Assembly: GCF_964194155.1 (NCBI RefSeq)
Contig: NC_135891.1
Span: forward strand, 93,868,001-93,932,000
Origin: Cetorhinus maximus
Taxonomy: Eukaryota
Length of the DNA stretch: 64,000 nt
Reading direction: 5' to 3'
Below the pieces are notes generated by a model, which had not been told where the DNA came from, searched no databases, and saw only the letters and a program-made list of their open reading frames with translations. Of this stretch, positions 63,101 to 64,000 are shown one piece after another. Positions within the stretch are counted from its first letter, which is position 1. Every line of letters starts with the position of its first letter. The translations under genes and the position numbers were made by a program.

Positions 63101-64000
63101 TATTCAAATATCTGAAGGTATGTTCCTCAATTACTGTAATGGAAGCTTCCATGTCCACTTCTATTCTAATAGGTTTGCCATTTACTTTCATTGTGACAAA
63201 TATTGGTTCTGTCTTTCCAACTTCCAGATTAAACAATGAGTAAATGTCTGAATTTGTTGTTTCAGGCTCTTTTATATTGTAGATTTCATTGGGCTTCTTC
63301 TTTTGTTTACAGGGCTGCTTGATTCTTTCCTTGCATTGCCTTATCATATGTCCATTTCTGTGACGATAGTAGCATTCGATTTTTTTAAACTACCAATCAC
63401 TAAAAGCCTGATTGTCTCCATCTCTATTAAAATTATTCTTTGATTTCACTGCTAAGTTATTTTTCATTATTCTTCGGTTAGCAGGAGCTGTTTCCCGCTT
63501 CTCAGCAGAGTCTCGATTTTTTGCGTCACTTTCGGCTGAGGTTTCCCACCCTATGTGGAGGACAGCGCCATTTTGCTTTTGAATCTCTTACTGTGCTTTC
63601 CATGGCCAGCACTATCTCTCGCGCCTTCTTGAAATCCAGATTCACTTTGGACAATAACCTTTTCTGAATAGTGTCCTCCTTCACACTACACACTAAACGA
63701 TCTCTGATCATGTCTTGCACCGAACTCACAATGTTTCATTAGCTGCTTCAAATTTGCCATGTGGCATGCAATTGTCTCACCCGGGGCTCTATTTCATGAA
63801 TTAAACCTGAACCCCTGCATCGTGACTGAGGGCTTTGGTTGAAGTTGACCCTTCATGAGGTCCACCAATTCTTCAAAGTTTTTTGAATCTTGGGCACTGG
63901 GTGCAATCACCTTTGAATAAATCCATAGGTTTTGCTCCCACAAATATTCAAAGGATTGCTCACCTCTTCTCTTCCTATGTAATCTCATTTGCTTGAAAAG
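60165..64000 (-). mobile_element. Gypsy LTR retrotransposon 3 (internal region, runs off the window), RT core replaced
   Basis: gag (MIRDRLV...IQKRLL, degenerate CCHC ECYYRHRNGHMIRQC), protease EVDMEASITVI, RT thumb CTFQVREVIYLGH and KSFLGMINY, RNase [15 protein letters not shown], integrase CVQC..SDNG..SNGLAER. PPT at 60165-60177. Confidence 0.92.
62350..62860 (-). pseudogene. Captured host-like coiled-coil fragment, UACA/RAI14/ANKRD24-family-like
   Basis: One frame reads ECARTQQSEELQAVLNQILEEQ*KKVKEILL..NLRREKENLLKDLHALQDSLRSKFVPLEKYEEKQKEFSTSLNKLKNELAEKTQPCSIFQEAANKCKKEMEELKNRL. It aligns ungapped over about 65 aa with my recollection of UACA KELDTIQECIKVKYAPIVSFEECERKFKATEKELKDQLSEQTQKYSVSEEEVKKNKQENDKLK. 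There are no RT motifs. Confidence 0.7.

Overview
This window is eukaryotic, repeat-dominated genomic DNA. The repeat repertoire is typical of a cartilaginous fish (shark): CR1, L2, Deu-domain SINEs, Penelope/GIY-YIG, Gypsy and Harbinger. I could not support any intact host protein-coding gene, RNA gene or CRISPR array, so the window looks intronic or intergenic. It holds three decayed Gypsy LTR retrotransposons, all on the minus strand. The middle one hosts a near-complete Harbinger transposon, which in turn hosts a fold-back Penelope insertion carrying hammerhead ribozyme motifs and a CR1. There are many CR1/L2-group LINE fragments, including a LINE with a tRNA-like head and a SINE made of that LINE's two ends. 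MITEs and a histone H2B fragment are also present. The most unusual signal is the third Gypsy element (60.2-64 kb): its reverse-transcriptase core is replaced, in frame at both junctions, by about 0.5 kb of host-like coiled-coil sequence resembling UACA/RAI14-family proteins. All family assignments are by eye from motifs and remembered consensus sequences, not database searches, and boundaries are approximate unless TSDs are quoted.
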